NCBI GenBank assembly: GCA_028822955.1
Contig: JAPKCL010000001.1
Coordinates: 1-37,034, forward strand
Reading direction: 5' to 3'
Length of the DNA stretch: 37,034 nt
Origin: Candidatus Poseidoniaceae archaeon
GTDB taxonomy: Archaea; Thermoplasmatota; Poseidoniia; Poseidoniales; Poseidoniaceae
Made by a program: the position numbers and the translations under genes. Shown here piece after piece: positions 9,115 through 17,943 of this stretch (positions are counted from its first letter, which is position 1; every line of letters begins with the position of its first letter). The notes beneath the pieces were generated by a model. That model did not search any database. It saw only the letters and a program-made list of their open reading frames with translations, and was not told the DNA's origin.

Positions 9115-9850
9115 ATTCTATTTCCTCCAATTGTAATCGATAAAGTCGAGCAACAACTTTCGAAGTCTTGACAATACTTTTAATTGCTTTTTCGTTAACA
9201 CAAACACTGTTCAATGTTGCATAAAAACGCTGCATGTGGTCGCTATCGTTTTCTCCATGATAGGTCATGAAGCGAGTAGAATCTTCGGACAGGCCAGTGA
9301 GTTCTTGAATTCGTTCAGCCCATGAATTCGCCATCTTTTCTCCGAGACCTTCGATGATCCACATTGCACCGAGTAAATCAATCGGGTTTGGACGAGAGGA
9401 GCGATGCATGAGGAAGCCATGTAAGGCTTCTGAACCAATATTGCGTTCCATATTGAGGATGTCTTCAAGCTGGCCCCCTGATGCAACATAATCTTTCTCA
9501 AGCATTTCGTAATCACGGTGCTCATCGACAGCATGGCTGATAATGGTTGAACGAATTTCGGAATGGTCTCGGTCAAAACTACTTGCAGTTCGTGTAATCC
9601 ATCGCGACCCTTCGATGACTTGTTGTCGAATATTTCTCAAAAATATTTGATGGTCTTCGACAGTATAGGTGCCTAAATCAATTCGACGAAGAAGAGGGAC
9701 TTTGGACAAATCTCGTTCAAAACCAAGCCAAACACGGAGTAATTGTTGGAGGCACACTTGGGCATGTGAGTTCAATACCACTCCTTCATGCTCCTTTTCT
9801 TGAGTTGGAGCGGAACCGCCGCCTTCGATTGGAATTTTACCATTATTCAT
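9101..9850 (-). CDS. Heme-oxygenase-like (Haem_oxygenase_2 / iron-containing redox enzyme family) putative diiron protein
   Basis: The sequence looks all-helical, with carboxylate/His clusters spaced as in heme-oxygenase-like diiron oxidases and TenA/PqqC-like folds: HAVDEHRDYE, WIIEGLGEKM and YHGENDSDHMQRF. The family assignment is by pattern only. The start overlaps the KAS III stop (ATGA at 9847-9850). Confidence 0.55.
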   Translation of the reverse strand: MNNGKIPIEGGGSAPTQEKEHEGVVLNSHAQVCLQQLLRVWLGFERDLSKVPLLRRIDLGTYTVEDHQIFLRNIRQQVIEGSRWITRTASSFDRDHSEIRSTIISHAVDEHRDYEMLEKDYVASGGQLEDILNMERNIGSEALHGFLMHRSSRPNPIDLLGAMWIIEGLGEKMANSWAERIQELTGLSEDSTRFMTYHGENDSDHMQRFYATLNSVCVNEKAIKSIVKTSKVVARLYRLQLEEIEYDIQ

Positions 9851-10983
9851 TCACTCACCACCGTTAATTGCAGATAGGTCGTATTGAAACGCCCACTTTC
9901 TGGAACAAAACAGAGGACTCTGTCCCCTTCTTTCACCGTTACTTCCTCTGTGCGTAAGAATTCATCAAGCATAATGAAGAGTGATGCTGAACCAGTGTTG
10001 CCACGTGTGTAGAGGTTTGTCCACCACTTTTCTTCAGGTATTCCAGCGCCGGCCGTATCAAGCATTTCGAGAATTTTATTTCTAAAGTGGTGGCTTGAGT
10101 AATGGCACAAGAAGTGGTCGACTTCGCTGGGCTTACTCACGCCTTCTTCGACGAGGCGAAGATACCCATCGACGCCCATTCGCATGAGGTTATCGAGGAG
10201 ACGAACGTCTTGGCGAAGAAGGAGAGCGCCGTCTTGTTCTGCTTCTGCATAGGTGTCATAATCTTGCCAAGTTCGAGTGTCTTCAGGGCGTCCTGCAGAA
10301 CCGACACTCATGCAGGTAGGGAGGGCGTGGGCGTGTGAAAAGCCCCGAATCCAATCAATCCGTAAACTGAAACCTTTGGGGGCTGGTTTGTTTTGTAACA
10401 AGAGTGCTCCGGCGCCATCAGAAAGCATCCATCGGAGGAATTCAGTGCTGAAGTCAATGCGTTTCGCAGCAAAGGTCGAGGTGGTCGCAGCCTCATAACG
10501 TTGCTTTTTGAGAAGTCGGCTGGCTAATTCACTGGAGACAACAAGGGCTGCTTCATGCTCTTCAAGACGCAAACTGTTCCAAGCTGCCTTCAGTGCCATA
10601 ATCGATGAAGAACAAATTCCATGCGTCGTAAGGATTTCTATTTCAGGTAGTTCCAATTCCGCTTGTACCATACTCGCCATTCCCGGGGCAGGGAGGTCAC
10701 CTTGCGTCGAAGCGACGGCCAACATGCCTATCTTCTCTCGGTGGACGAAACCGCGGTCAAGGCATTGTTCTGCAGCATTTGTTGCCATTTCGGTATTGCT
10801 GTGTGTTGTTTGTTGTTGTTCATCAATTGCATAATGGCGCGTTTCAATTTTGTTCGCTTTTTGAATTTGGACGCGAAGAGAAGAAGGTTTGCCATGAACG
10901 GCGCCAAGTACGTTTTCGACCTGGTCAACTGAAATTGCTGGGCCTGGTAAAAAGGAACCTGTACTGGTGATGTAAACCGTCAT
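9847..10983 (-). CDS. 3-oxoacyl-ACP synthase III (FabH/KAS III)-like condensing enzyme, thiolase superfamily
   Basis: A Cys-His-Asn triad sits in the expected context: THGIC(124)SSS, FLCH(294)YSS and YTRGN(329)TGSAS. The 378-aa length is FabH-like. The start overlaps the upstream stop (ATGA at 10980-10983). Confidence 0.85.
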   Translation of the reverse strand: MTVYITSTGSFLPGPAISVDQVENVLGAVHGKPSSLRVQIQKANKIETRHYAIDEQQQTTHSNTEMATNAAEQCLDRGFVHREKIGMLAVASTQGDLPAPGMASMVQAELELPEIEILTTHGICSSSIMALKAAWNSLRLEEHEAALVVSSELASRLLKKQRYEAATTSTFAAKRIDFSTEFLRWMLSDGAGALLLQNKPAPKGFSLRIDWIRGFSHAHALPTCMSVGSAGRPEDTRTWQDYDTYAEAEQDGALLLRQDVRLLDNLMRMGVDGYLRLVEEGVSKPSEVDHFLCHYSSHHFRNKILEMLDTAGAGIPEEKWWTNLYTRGNTGSASLFIMLDEFLRTEEVTVKEGDRVLCFVPESGRFNTTYLQLTVVSE

Positions 10984-11555
10984 TTAATCGCCTCTTTGGC
11001 AAGATTTCTTTCATATGTCCAGCAACGCCACCATTCTTGAGCATAGGGGCCAACCACTAAGATCGACATTGAAGTGATGTAGAATACTGCGTAATTTCCA
11101 GTTGCGCCCAAAGGCTCTTGGCGCCATTGCAAAGAAAAACCACCGGCCCAATTGAAGCCAATCAAATCGAGGAAAACTTCCCACTTTCGAACAATTATCA
11201 AGAGTATAAGGAAGAACGGCAAGGTGGCTAAATAATTATGAGCGTGAACTTCCCAGATGCTTATTTCTCTTTTACCAGTCGTGAAATGAACATCATAGTG
11301 CGCGATGAATTCATGCGCAATTAGTGCTGCAAAGCAAAGAATAAGAATCAATACATTGACTTCAAAAACAAGAGAAAGGACCAATGGAAGGCCAATTTGA
11401 GCACCCATGAGGCAATGGATATTTGCTTCACGTAATCCGGAAGTGGATTCGATACTGGTCTGTTTATGGCACCACCAATCAAGTATACTGGCAATGCCCC
11501 AAAGTGGCAAGAGGACATAGAGAATTATGTTTAACACCAGAGTTGCTTCGTCCAT
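10980..11555 (-). CDS. His-rich small integral membrane protein (191 aa), first gene of the operon
   Basis: About five hydrophobic segments. His clusters lie at predicted membrane boundaries: WWCHKQ, IAHEFIAHYDVH and EVHAHNY. The ATG at 11555 is preceded by GTAGGGGAA. Confidence 0.7.
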   Translation of the reverse strand: MDEATLVLNIILYVLLPLWGIASILDWWCHKQTSIESTSGLREANIHCLMGAQIGLPLVLSLVFEVNVLILILCFAALIAHEFIAHYDVHFTTGKREISIWEVHAHNYLATLPFFLILLIIVRKWEVFLDLIGFNWAGGFSLQWRQEPLGATGNYAVFYITSMSILVVGPYAQEWWRCWTYERNLAKEAIK

Positions 11556-11648
11556 AGCGATTCCCCTACATTACCTTCTAATGCTCATTTGATAAAAAGA
11601 CAGTTCCGGACAAAACAACATTCGCGATAATTTTGAGACCCCCAGGAA

Positions 11649-14600
11649 TCAAAGGAAATCGGAAAGTGAAAGTTGTTTGGCTCGGTCGTTGTTAAACAAC
11701 GAATCTGCGCTATCGGACAACCATTCGACATTTTGCTTGGTATAGCTATCGACGCCATACTTCGCCATCACGTGCTTGGTGACCTTGATGTATTTGCGAA
11801 CTGCGCCTTCTGAAACAGTAAGTGCGAGATTGCCCCCGCATAATCCGCCTTCAGATTTTGCTACGCCAACACTGGTAAGTCCTCTGCCTGATTCTTTCTT
11901 TGGCTGGATGCAGTTTCCTGCTACAGGCATACGACGATACGAGTGAGCGCATTTGAGACAGCGGATTTTTTGACGACCATATGCATTCAAATTACCCCGC
12001 AAATCAGGCAAAAAGTGAGAGCGGACAACACTTGATGCTACGGTTCGAACATCGACGCCCCGAAGACGGTGCCCCAAATCTAATTGTCCATTCATCTTGT
12101 CAATCATAGTATCCAGAGTTTTGTACGCTGAAAGAGCGGGGCCTTGGTCAAGAGCGTAACAGTCATGGGTGTATCCATAGCCACGCACTGCAGCAACGGA
12201 GCCAAGTCGGCGTTCGACAAAGTCCATTCGTTCAGCACATTCTTTTGGATGGGGTTGCGAGAGGGTGATCTCATAGAAATCCCGGCTGTAAAACCAACCT
12301 GAGTCGACGTTAAGAGCCTCTTTGTCAACTTCAGTTGGATTCAGTCTCGTCGTCAAAACGAGCGGTGCGTCCATCAGACCGCCCCGATTGGCTGGCAAGA
12401 TTTCCCGGCTAAAATTGAGTAAACCGTCCATTAAGAGCATGATGGCGTCTTCATCGCCGTCACAATTTCTTCGTTTAGCGGCATGGAAGAGCGGGTGTGC
12501 ATATCCACCTGAACAATCGGCCCAACCAATGATTCGGCTCAATACGCCACCGGATGTGTGAGGGGCTAAAGCGCAGATTAAATGCCCGACTAAATCATCA
12601 GCGGTATTGACATTGTAATACGGTTCCATTCCGTAATAACGAACTAAAAGTTCATCGATAAATTGAGCGGTACGAACGAAGAAGTCACAGGCATTTTTAC
12701 TGACGATGAAATCTTGAGGGAATATTTCGAGCATCTGCTCGTCGTCTTGAAGTTGGTTTCCTTCACAATCAGTGGCATACCCAAGTGTTTGAAGGGTCCG
12801 CCAAGAGACTCCAATTTCTCGTGGGGTGAAATGGGTGATGGGCACATCGCTCATATCGAATCGTACCGTTCCATCACGGAAAACTGGCAGTTGGTGTTTC
12901 GCTCTCAGTAAGCCTTTTTCAATGGCTTCCGGCGTTTGGTCTTTACTTGCGATTTGTTTCATGCATTTGACTTGACGCGGAATCCTATCAAGGCCTAACC
13001 GTATGCGGGCATCCTCGATCATCGTATCCAAACGAACCGTCTGAATTTCACCTCGGCGGCGTCTTTTTGTGTTGCCGGATTCGCGCATTTTGGTACGGCC
13101 ACCGCACGTGTTACCAGCCAGTTCAACTCCATCAGCGTCGACATTTCGATGATGGCAGAGAATGAAAGGCGATTCTTTGCCGCATTCCTTACAAATTCGC
13201 CGGCCCATTTGTACGCGAATGCTTTGTTTCGCAGCAGCATTAGCCAATAATCTTTGATTGCCGCCATTCAAATCAATCGGGAAAAGAGCGTGGGTCATAG
13301 GGTTCATGACCCGCGGAGCAGCCTTTTCTGGGCGCCCCATTCGGCAGCCGATTCGGACCGGTGCAGCGTGTTCCCAGCGTAAATTTGAGATTTTTCGAAC
13401 CTGTAACATAATTCCATCGACATCGTGGTCGTCTTCATGAATTTGTGCAGCAAGATACAGTTGGGGGTCTGCTGGCCCGGGGTCGGGTACTTGGGCTGCA
13501 GCTTGTCTGCCAACTTCATCTGTATCGGCGATTCCAAGTCCACGCTGCCGAGCACTTGTTTCAGCAGCGATTCGGACGGTTGCACGTGCTTGGCGAAGTT
13601 CTTCGAGTCTTTGACGCTCCTCAGTAAGGGTGACTTGGCATTGGTGTAATTGGTCGATTCGTTCTGTGAAGCGAGTTCTGGCATCGACTATGCAGAGAGG
13701 TTTTTCATCTTCATCGCTGAACCCAAAGCCTTCGAGTAATGCTGGCCAACCAGATGTGATCACGAGGTCATCGCCATCGTGATGATGGCGTAGCCCCAAA
13801 ATCATTGCAGCACCTTTGGCCAGTCCGTGTTGAATATACGCCCAAGCCTCAGGTAACTCTTTGGTGAAAATCGGCTTGATTGGTTGTAATTCCAAACCTG
13901 GAATTTCGAACTTTTCTAAATCCTCAAGTGTTTCGGGCCTTAACAAATCCATTGTCGCTGGAGTCCAGTTCTTCACGCCACCACGGATTCGGAGTTGCCT
14001 CTTTTCCGGAAGGGGCATGGCCTGAAGGTTTTCTTCAATATCGAGAAGGGGGGTGTTTGATGTCCCGAATGGTTCGATAGTTGCTTGTTCTAGCACTTCT
14101 AAAACAGAAGGTACCCATTCAATCGGCAGGTCGAGGAACCATGGATTGTGGGGAGCTGGAATAGAAGTCTTGAATCGTAGAGAAACTGCTTTACTTTGTT
14201 CCCAGTTAACCGAACAAGCCGCCAAGAATACATGCCATTTCCGACGGACGTGGAATTGTTGATCGGGATCTTCTGCATCTTCGGGGTGGATTCCGGGTGT
14301 GCCGTTTGGGAACGATGAGCGGGGTTGTTCAATGAGTTTCGAGAATTCAGAAACTGCTGCATCGGAATTTAATTCTTCAAGTAAATCACTTGCCCACCAG
14401 TCATTCGAATAACCCGCAGGGACCAAATTTTTGTTATTCTCCATAAATTCGCCATAACCAATTACAAGTTCTCCATTATCCCATACAGAGCATACTTTCG
14501 AGGCGATTGCTGTGTAACTTTTGGCATCATCAAGGCGAAGGAAACGGCCGTCTCGTAAAACAACCCAAGGGCCGTCAGTATCGTCAGATGGAGTGATGGC

Positions 14601-15770
14601 ACACGCCTTACCTGGGCGTTCGATTTTCATCTGTGTCCCGATGGTGATGAAGTCATCCATTGCCAACATCGAGGCGGTGTTGGTTGAGGCTGCTGCTAAT
14701 CCCGAGGGTCGGGCGCGGCCGTAACGTAAACGGAAACCGCCGGGTTGAAGGGGTGCGCCAAAAACAGGTCTTCCGGCAATAATGTCTTTCATAAATTTGG
14801 TAATCGTCGGAACCTTACGGGACTTAAATCGGGGACCGTCGCCGTGGTCGTCATCGGATTTACCTTTCGAGGCAAACTTTGAGATGAAGTCCCAGCCAGG
14901 AACATTAAGTCGTTCAGTATGCTTCTGAATCTTCGGTGCTTTCAGGCACATCCCTTCCCCGATGACAAGCAAAACACCTCCGCGAATCCGTGCTTCGTCG
15001 ATATTACGGACTCGCCCGTAACCCGAACATTCTATTTTCTCTGTTGATTCTCCGTTAATCATCACGGGACAGGCTCGAACAATTTCCTCGATTTCTTCCG
15101 GCGATGGGCGGTATTGCAAATTACCTCTATACAATCCAAATTCTTCTTTGACTCGCTCGACTTCTGGGTCAGTGGGTTGGTAATGGCCGATGTTGAGGTC
15201 TCTGCGTATCATGTCAGCAATCAAGACTGCGAGTGCTTGAGCCGTTCCACCTGCTGCCCGAATTGGTCCAGCAAAATGCACAGATACGAATTGGGAACCG
15301 TCGATGTTGTTGAGAAGGCGCACTTCACTGATACCTTCTAACGGCGCTACAAGAACGGCCTCTGTCAAGACTGCCAAACCAACTCGAAGTCCAACGTCGA
15401 TGGCGGTGATTAAATCGTGACCTTGTTCTCGGAATCCGCGCGCCACACTTTGGGCCATCATGATTGAAGTTGATTCTCTGTCGTGTTCTGCCAAGAGTTT
15501 TCGAATATCTTCTGCCACTTCATAACCATCTAAGTATTCCACGAGAAGTTTTTCAGTCCGGCCGGCAAGGTCTGCAGCCCTTGGAATTTCCACATACTCT
15601 TTGTGATCATAGCCGAGTTTTCTTGCCTTCTCAGCGACAATATATGCTTTATCTGCATGCTCGTCAAGCCACTGCTGATATGATTCCATTTCAGCCTCGA
15701 GTCGTTCGATGTCGAGACCAAGTAGAGGGTTATGCCCTCGTTTTTGGCCCGTTTCATCCGATGGAGGCAT
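11649..15770 (-). CDS. polC: DNA polymerase II (PolD) large subunit DP2
   Basis: 1373-aa ORF with the conserved DP2 N-terminus (VEIPRAADLAGRTEKL, LEGISEV), the catalytic-core RMGRPEKA motif, and Cys clusters (CKECGKESPFILCHH, CLKCAHSYRRMPVAGNC). Confidence 0.95.
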   Translation of the reverse strand: MPPSDETGQKRGHNPLLGLDIERLEAEMESYQQWLDEHADKAYIVAEKARKLGYDHKEYVEIPRAADLAGRTEKLLVEYLDGYEVAEDIRKLLAEHDRESTSIMMAQSVARGFREQGHDLITAIDVGLRVGLAVLTEAVLVAPLEGISEVRLLNNIDGSQFVSVHFAGPIRAAGGTAQALAVLIADMIRRDLNIGHYQPTDPEVERVKEEFGLYRGNLQYRPSPEEIEEIVRACPVMINGESTEKIECSGYGRVRNIDEARIRGGVLLVIGEGMCLKAPKIQKHTERLNVPGWDFISKFASKGKSDDDHGDGPRFKSRKVPTITKFMKDIIAGRPVFGAPLQPGGFRLRYGRARPSGLAAASTNTASMLAMDDFITIGTQMKIERPGKACAITPSDDTDGPWVVLRDGRFLRLDDAKSYTAIASKVCSVWDNGELVIGYGEFMENNKNLVPAGYSNDWWASDLLEELNSDAAVSEFSKLIEQPRSSFPNGTPGIHPEDAEDPDQQFHVRRKWHVFLAACSVNWEQSKAVSLRFKTSIPAPHNPWFLDLPIEWVPSVLEVLEQATIEPFGTSNTPLLDIEENLQAMPLPEKRQLRIRGGVKNWTPATMDLLRPETLEDLEKFEIPGLELQPIKPIFTKELPEAWAYIQHGLAKGAAMILGLRHHHDGDDLVITSGWPALLEGFGFSDEDEKPLCIVDARTRFTERIDQLHQCQVTLTEERQRLEELRQARATVRIAAETSARQRGLGIADTDEVGRQAAAQVPDPGPADPQLYLAAQIHEDDHDVDGIMLQVRKISNLRWEHAAPVRIGCRMGRPEKAAPRVMNPMTHALFPIDLNGGNQRLLANAAAKQSIRVQMGRRICKECGKESPFILCHHRNVDADGVELAGNTCGGRTKMRESGNTKRRRRGEIQTVRLDTMIEDARIRLGLDRIPRQVKCMKQIASKDQTPEAIEKGLLRAKHQLPVFRDGTVRFDMSDVPITHFTPREIGVSWRTLQTLGYATDCEGNQLQDDEQMLEIFPQDFIVSKNACDFFVRTAQFIDELLVRYYGMEPYYNVNTADDLVGHLICALAPHTSGGVLSRIIGWADCSGGYAHPLFHAAKRRNCDGDEDAIMLLMDGLLNFSREILPANRGGLMDAPLVLTTRLNPTEVDKEALNVDSGWFYSRDFYEITLSQPHPKECAERMDFVERRLGSVAAVRGYGYTHDCYALDQGPALSAYKTLDTMIDKMNGQLDLGHRLRGVDVRTVASSVVRSHFLPDLRGNLNAYGRQKIRCLKCAHSYRRMPVAGNCIQPKKESGRGLTSVGVAKSEGGLCGGNLALTVSEGAVRKYIKVTKHVMAKYGVDSYTKQNVEWLSDSADSLFNNDRAKQLSLSDFL

Positions 15771-15887
15771 GTTATTCCCTTACCTCTTGGGGGCGACCGT
15801 TTATGAGTGCCGCGTTCAAAACCCATGGCGGTAATTTTGCTGTAATGAGAGGTAAGGTTCATTGAGGCGAGGCAAAACCACGGTTTG

Positions 15888-16487
15888 ATGTCCGTCCACC
15901 CCAGTGTCCGCGCTCACCCCAGTTGGCCTCGTTTGGTCGAACTTGTACGTGATTTGGCTTTTATTGATGGAGGGAGTGATGATGCTTTCACATTAGCGAG
16001 TGGTCGGAATTCACGTTGGTTTTTTGATACAAAACCCGTCATGATGCACCCGGAGTCAACCCATCACCTCGGAGCCCTTTTTAATCTTCGAATGGATGAC
16101 TTAAAAGTTGATTTTGTCGGAGGATTGGAACTCGGAGCTGTGCCCCTAACGGCTATCGCCGTTGCAACCTCTTCCGCTGATACTCCACGACTCGGTTTTA
16201 TGGTTCGTAAAGAACCAAAGGGACGCGGTGGGCGTAAAACAAACAATCCCCCTGGCATTGAAGGCTCTTCACTCGAAGGTGGCGGAACCATTGTTGTTGT
16301 CGAAGATGTGACGACCACTGGCGGTTCTGCAATCAAAGCAGTTGAGCGCATACACCGCGACACTGAATGCAAAGTCGTAGCCGTCATCAGTATCGTTGAC
16401 AGAGAAGAAGGGGCTAAGGAAGCATTTGCAGCCGCAGGGATTCATTTTGAAAGCATCATGACTCGAAGTGATGTTGCCGGTCAATGA
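15888..16487 (+). CDS. pyrE: Orotate phosphoribosyltransferase
   Basis: PRPP-binding motif VVVEDVTTTGGSAIKAV, plus FTLASGRNSRWFFD. The ORF-track start at 15885 is TTG and the adjacent ATG at 15888 is more likely. Confidence 0.85.
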   Translation: MSVHPSVRAHPSWPRLVELVRDLAFIDGGSDDAFTLASGRNSRWFFDTKPVMMHPESTHHLGALFNLRMDDLKVDFVGGLELGAVPLTAIAVATSSADTPRLGFMVRKEPKGRGGRKTNNPPGIEGSSLEGGGTIVVVEDVTTTGGSAIKAVERIHRDTECKVVAVISIVDREEGAKEAFAAAGIHFESIMTRSDVAGQ

Positions 16488-16496
16488 GGCAGTGAC

Positions 16497-17792
16497 ATGG
16501 TTGAAATATTCAATCCAAAAACGGCTGTATCGGCTGGTTTGACAGAGTTTGCCCCTGACGCAACTGCAGCAGGAGAGTTAGTATTCTTTCATGCAAGTGA
16601 AGGAAAACCATTAGCAACTCCTTGGCAAGTGGCTTTAGCTCGTTCGAAACTCCTCAAACAACTGTCTCTCCCTGAAGGGTACATTTTGGATTGTGCTTGC
16701 GGAAGTGGCATCCAACTTGGCGCACACATGGCTCTTCTTCAACGGCCCGGCATCGGAGTCGAACTTGACGAAAAGCGTGCCCAAGCGAGCGCCGTTAATC
16801 TGCAGTCCATTGCCACATACCGCAATGAAATGGACTCTGAACGGATGCAAAAAACACGTATTCTGGCCGGCGACGGGCGTGACGGTGCTACGGTGTGCGC
16901 AGCAATGGCCGACCACCTCAAACTCGAACAATTTCCAAACATCGCTTTACTCCATTTGGACCCTGCCCGTCCACGAAACAGTCGGACGCACGGTCTTGAG
17001 GAAATGGAACCGCGGCTCGACGAGGTGTTCAAGGGCTGGGCACCGTATTTGACAGAAGGAGAGAACGGCCCCGCATTACTACTCGATCTATCTCCACGGC
17101 TTACGCATGACCAGCGTCTCGAAGTCGAAACAATGGTCGATGCTGCGTGGAAAGGGATTCGACGCACATGGGTTTGGACGTCTAGGGGACGAGGGCGGGT
17201 CGATAGGCTTGCAATATGGCTTGGCGGTGCTGCTACCGCAGGTGTTGCTCGTCGATTCGTTCGCATTCCGCCATCGATTACTGAAGAAGCACATGTGATT
17301 TCAGGAGGCATGCGGATTCATTCAGGCGATGGCTTGCCTACCCCAGTGCAGTCGCCACCAAGGCGTGGTGAGCGAGTCAGTATCCTCGATGCCGCCCTTG
17401 TCGAGAGTGGTCTTGCAGATGATTGGTTGAAAACAGTCACTAAATCCGAACACATATCCTGGAGTGTTGTAGAAGGGCGGCGCCCTCAAATCCATCACCA
17501 ACACCCTCTCCTACTCGAGGATTCAATGGACAGAATGTTGGTCCAAGCAACTGGGCGCGTGGTCGCTTTAGCCCGCATAAAACTCGATCTTAATACGGTC
17601 GATCAATTGGTCGAATTAGTTCTCGAGCATGACATAGCAAAAATGACTGTTCGCGTCCCACTCGCACCAGAGATTCAGCCAAAAATACAAGGTGCGATTG
17701 ACCGTCAACTTGCACGAAGGCACGGCCGGAGAGAGGCTTTTGTCGTCCAACAACCCGGAGATGAAATGCTCCTCATTTGTATTGCCGAATAA
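16497..17792 (+). CDS. Class I SAM-dependent methyltransferase with C-terminal extension (possibly THUMP-like)
   Basis: SAM-binding motif I ILDCACGSGIQLG and a downstream HLDPARP motif. The ATG lies 9 nt after the pyrE stop. The substrate cannot be determined from sequence. Confidence 0.65.
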   Translation: MVEIFNPKTAVSAGLTEFAPDATAAGELVFFHASEGKPLATPWQVALARSKLLKQLSLPEGYILDCACGSGIQLGAHMALLQRPGIGVELDEKRAQASAVNLQSIATYRNEMDSERMQKTRILAGDGRDGATVCAAMADHLKLEQFPNIALLHLDPARPRNSRTHGLEEMEPRLDEVFKGWAPYLTEGENGPALLLDLSPRLTHDQRLEVETMVDAAWKGIRRTWVWTSRGRGRVDRLAIWLGGAATAGVARRFVRIPPSITEEAHVISGGMRIHSGDGLPTPVQSPPRRGERVSILDAALVESGLADDWLKTVTKSEHISWSVVEGRRPQIHHQHPLLLEDSMDRMLVQATGRVVALARIKLDLNTVDQLVELVLEHDIAKMTVRVPLAPEIQPKIQGAIDRQLARRHGRREAFVVQQPGDEMLLICIAE

Positions 17793-17925
17793 TCAACATC
17801 TCAGTCACACCAAATCTCCCTAAAACGCTCGGAAATCAAGTGTTTTCGGTTCTCGGCACCGCGAAGATGTATCGCGGTCTTGATATAGGGGGGGTTAGTC
17901 GGGAAACTGCTTGACACTCTGTGTT

Positions 17926-17937
17926 AAGGAGAGGTGA
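17926..17937 (+). promoter_or_regulatory. Shine-Dalgarno region AAGGAGAGGTGA upstream of rps13
   Basis: The purine-rich GGAGAGGTGA ends 6 nt before the ATG at 17944. Confidence 0.55.
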
Positions 17938-17943
17938 AACACT

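Noticed and set aside
11649-15770. Intein in the PolD large subunit, considered because of its length.
   Set aside because: I saw no Cys/Ser-initiated insertion with terminal His-Asn followed by Cys/Ser/Thr, and no LAGLIDADG or HNH-like blocks. The excess length is only about 100-250 aa, too small for a typical endonuclease-containing intein.
15464-15865. ORFs of 133 aa (+) and 110 aa (-, 15530..15862) spanning the polD 5' end and the polD-pyrE intergenic region.
   Set aside because: They overlap the well-supported PolD N-terminal coding region in other frames or on the other strand, and their translations carry no motifs. The true intergenic part (15771-15887) is a plausible divergent promoter only.
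16739-17311. 190-aa antisense ORF within the methyltransferase gene, along with 16635..16931 and 16693..17052.
   Set aside because: The translations are Arg/Ser/Pro/Ala-rich, as is typical of antisense frames in locally GC-rich coding sequence. The sense-strand ORF has a clear SAM-binding motif.
17859-17877. Hairpin CCGCGA(N7)TCGCGG downstream of the methyltransferase gene, considered as a terminator.
   Set aside because: The stem is only 6 bp and no T-tract follows, whereas archaeal termination mainly uses oligo-T. It could equally be chance or part of the rps13 promoter or leader, so I did not report it as a feature.
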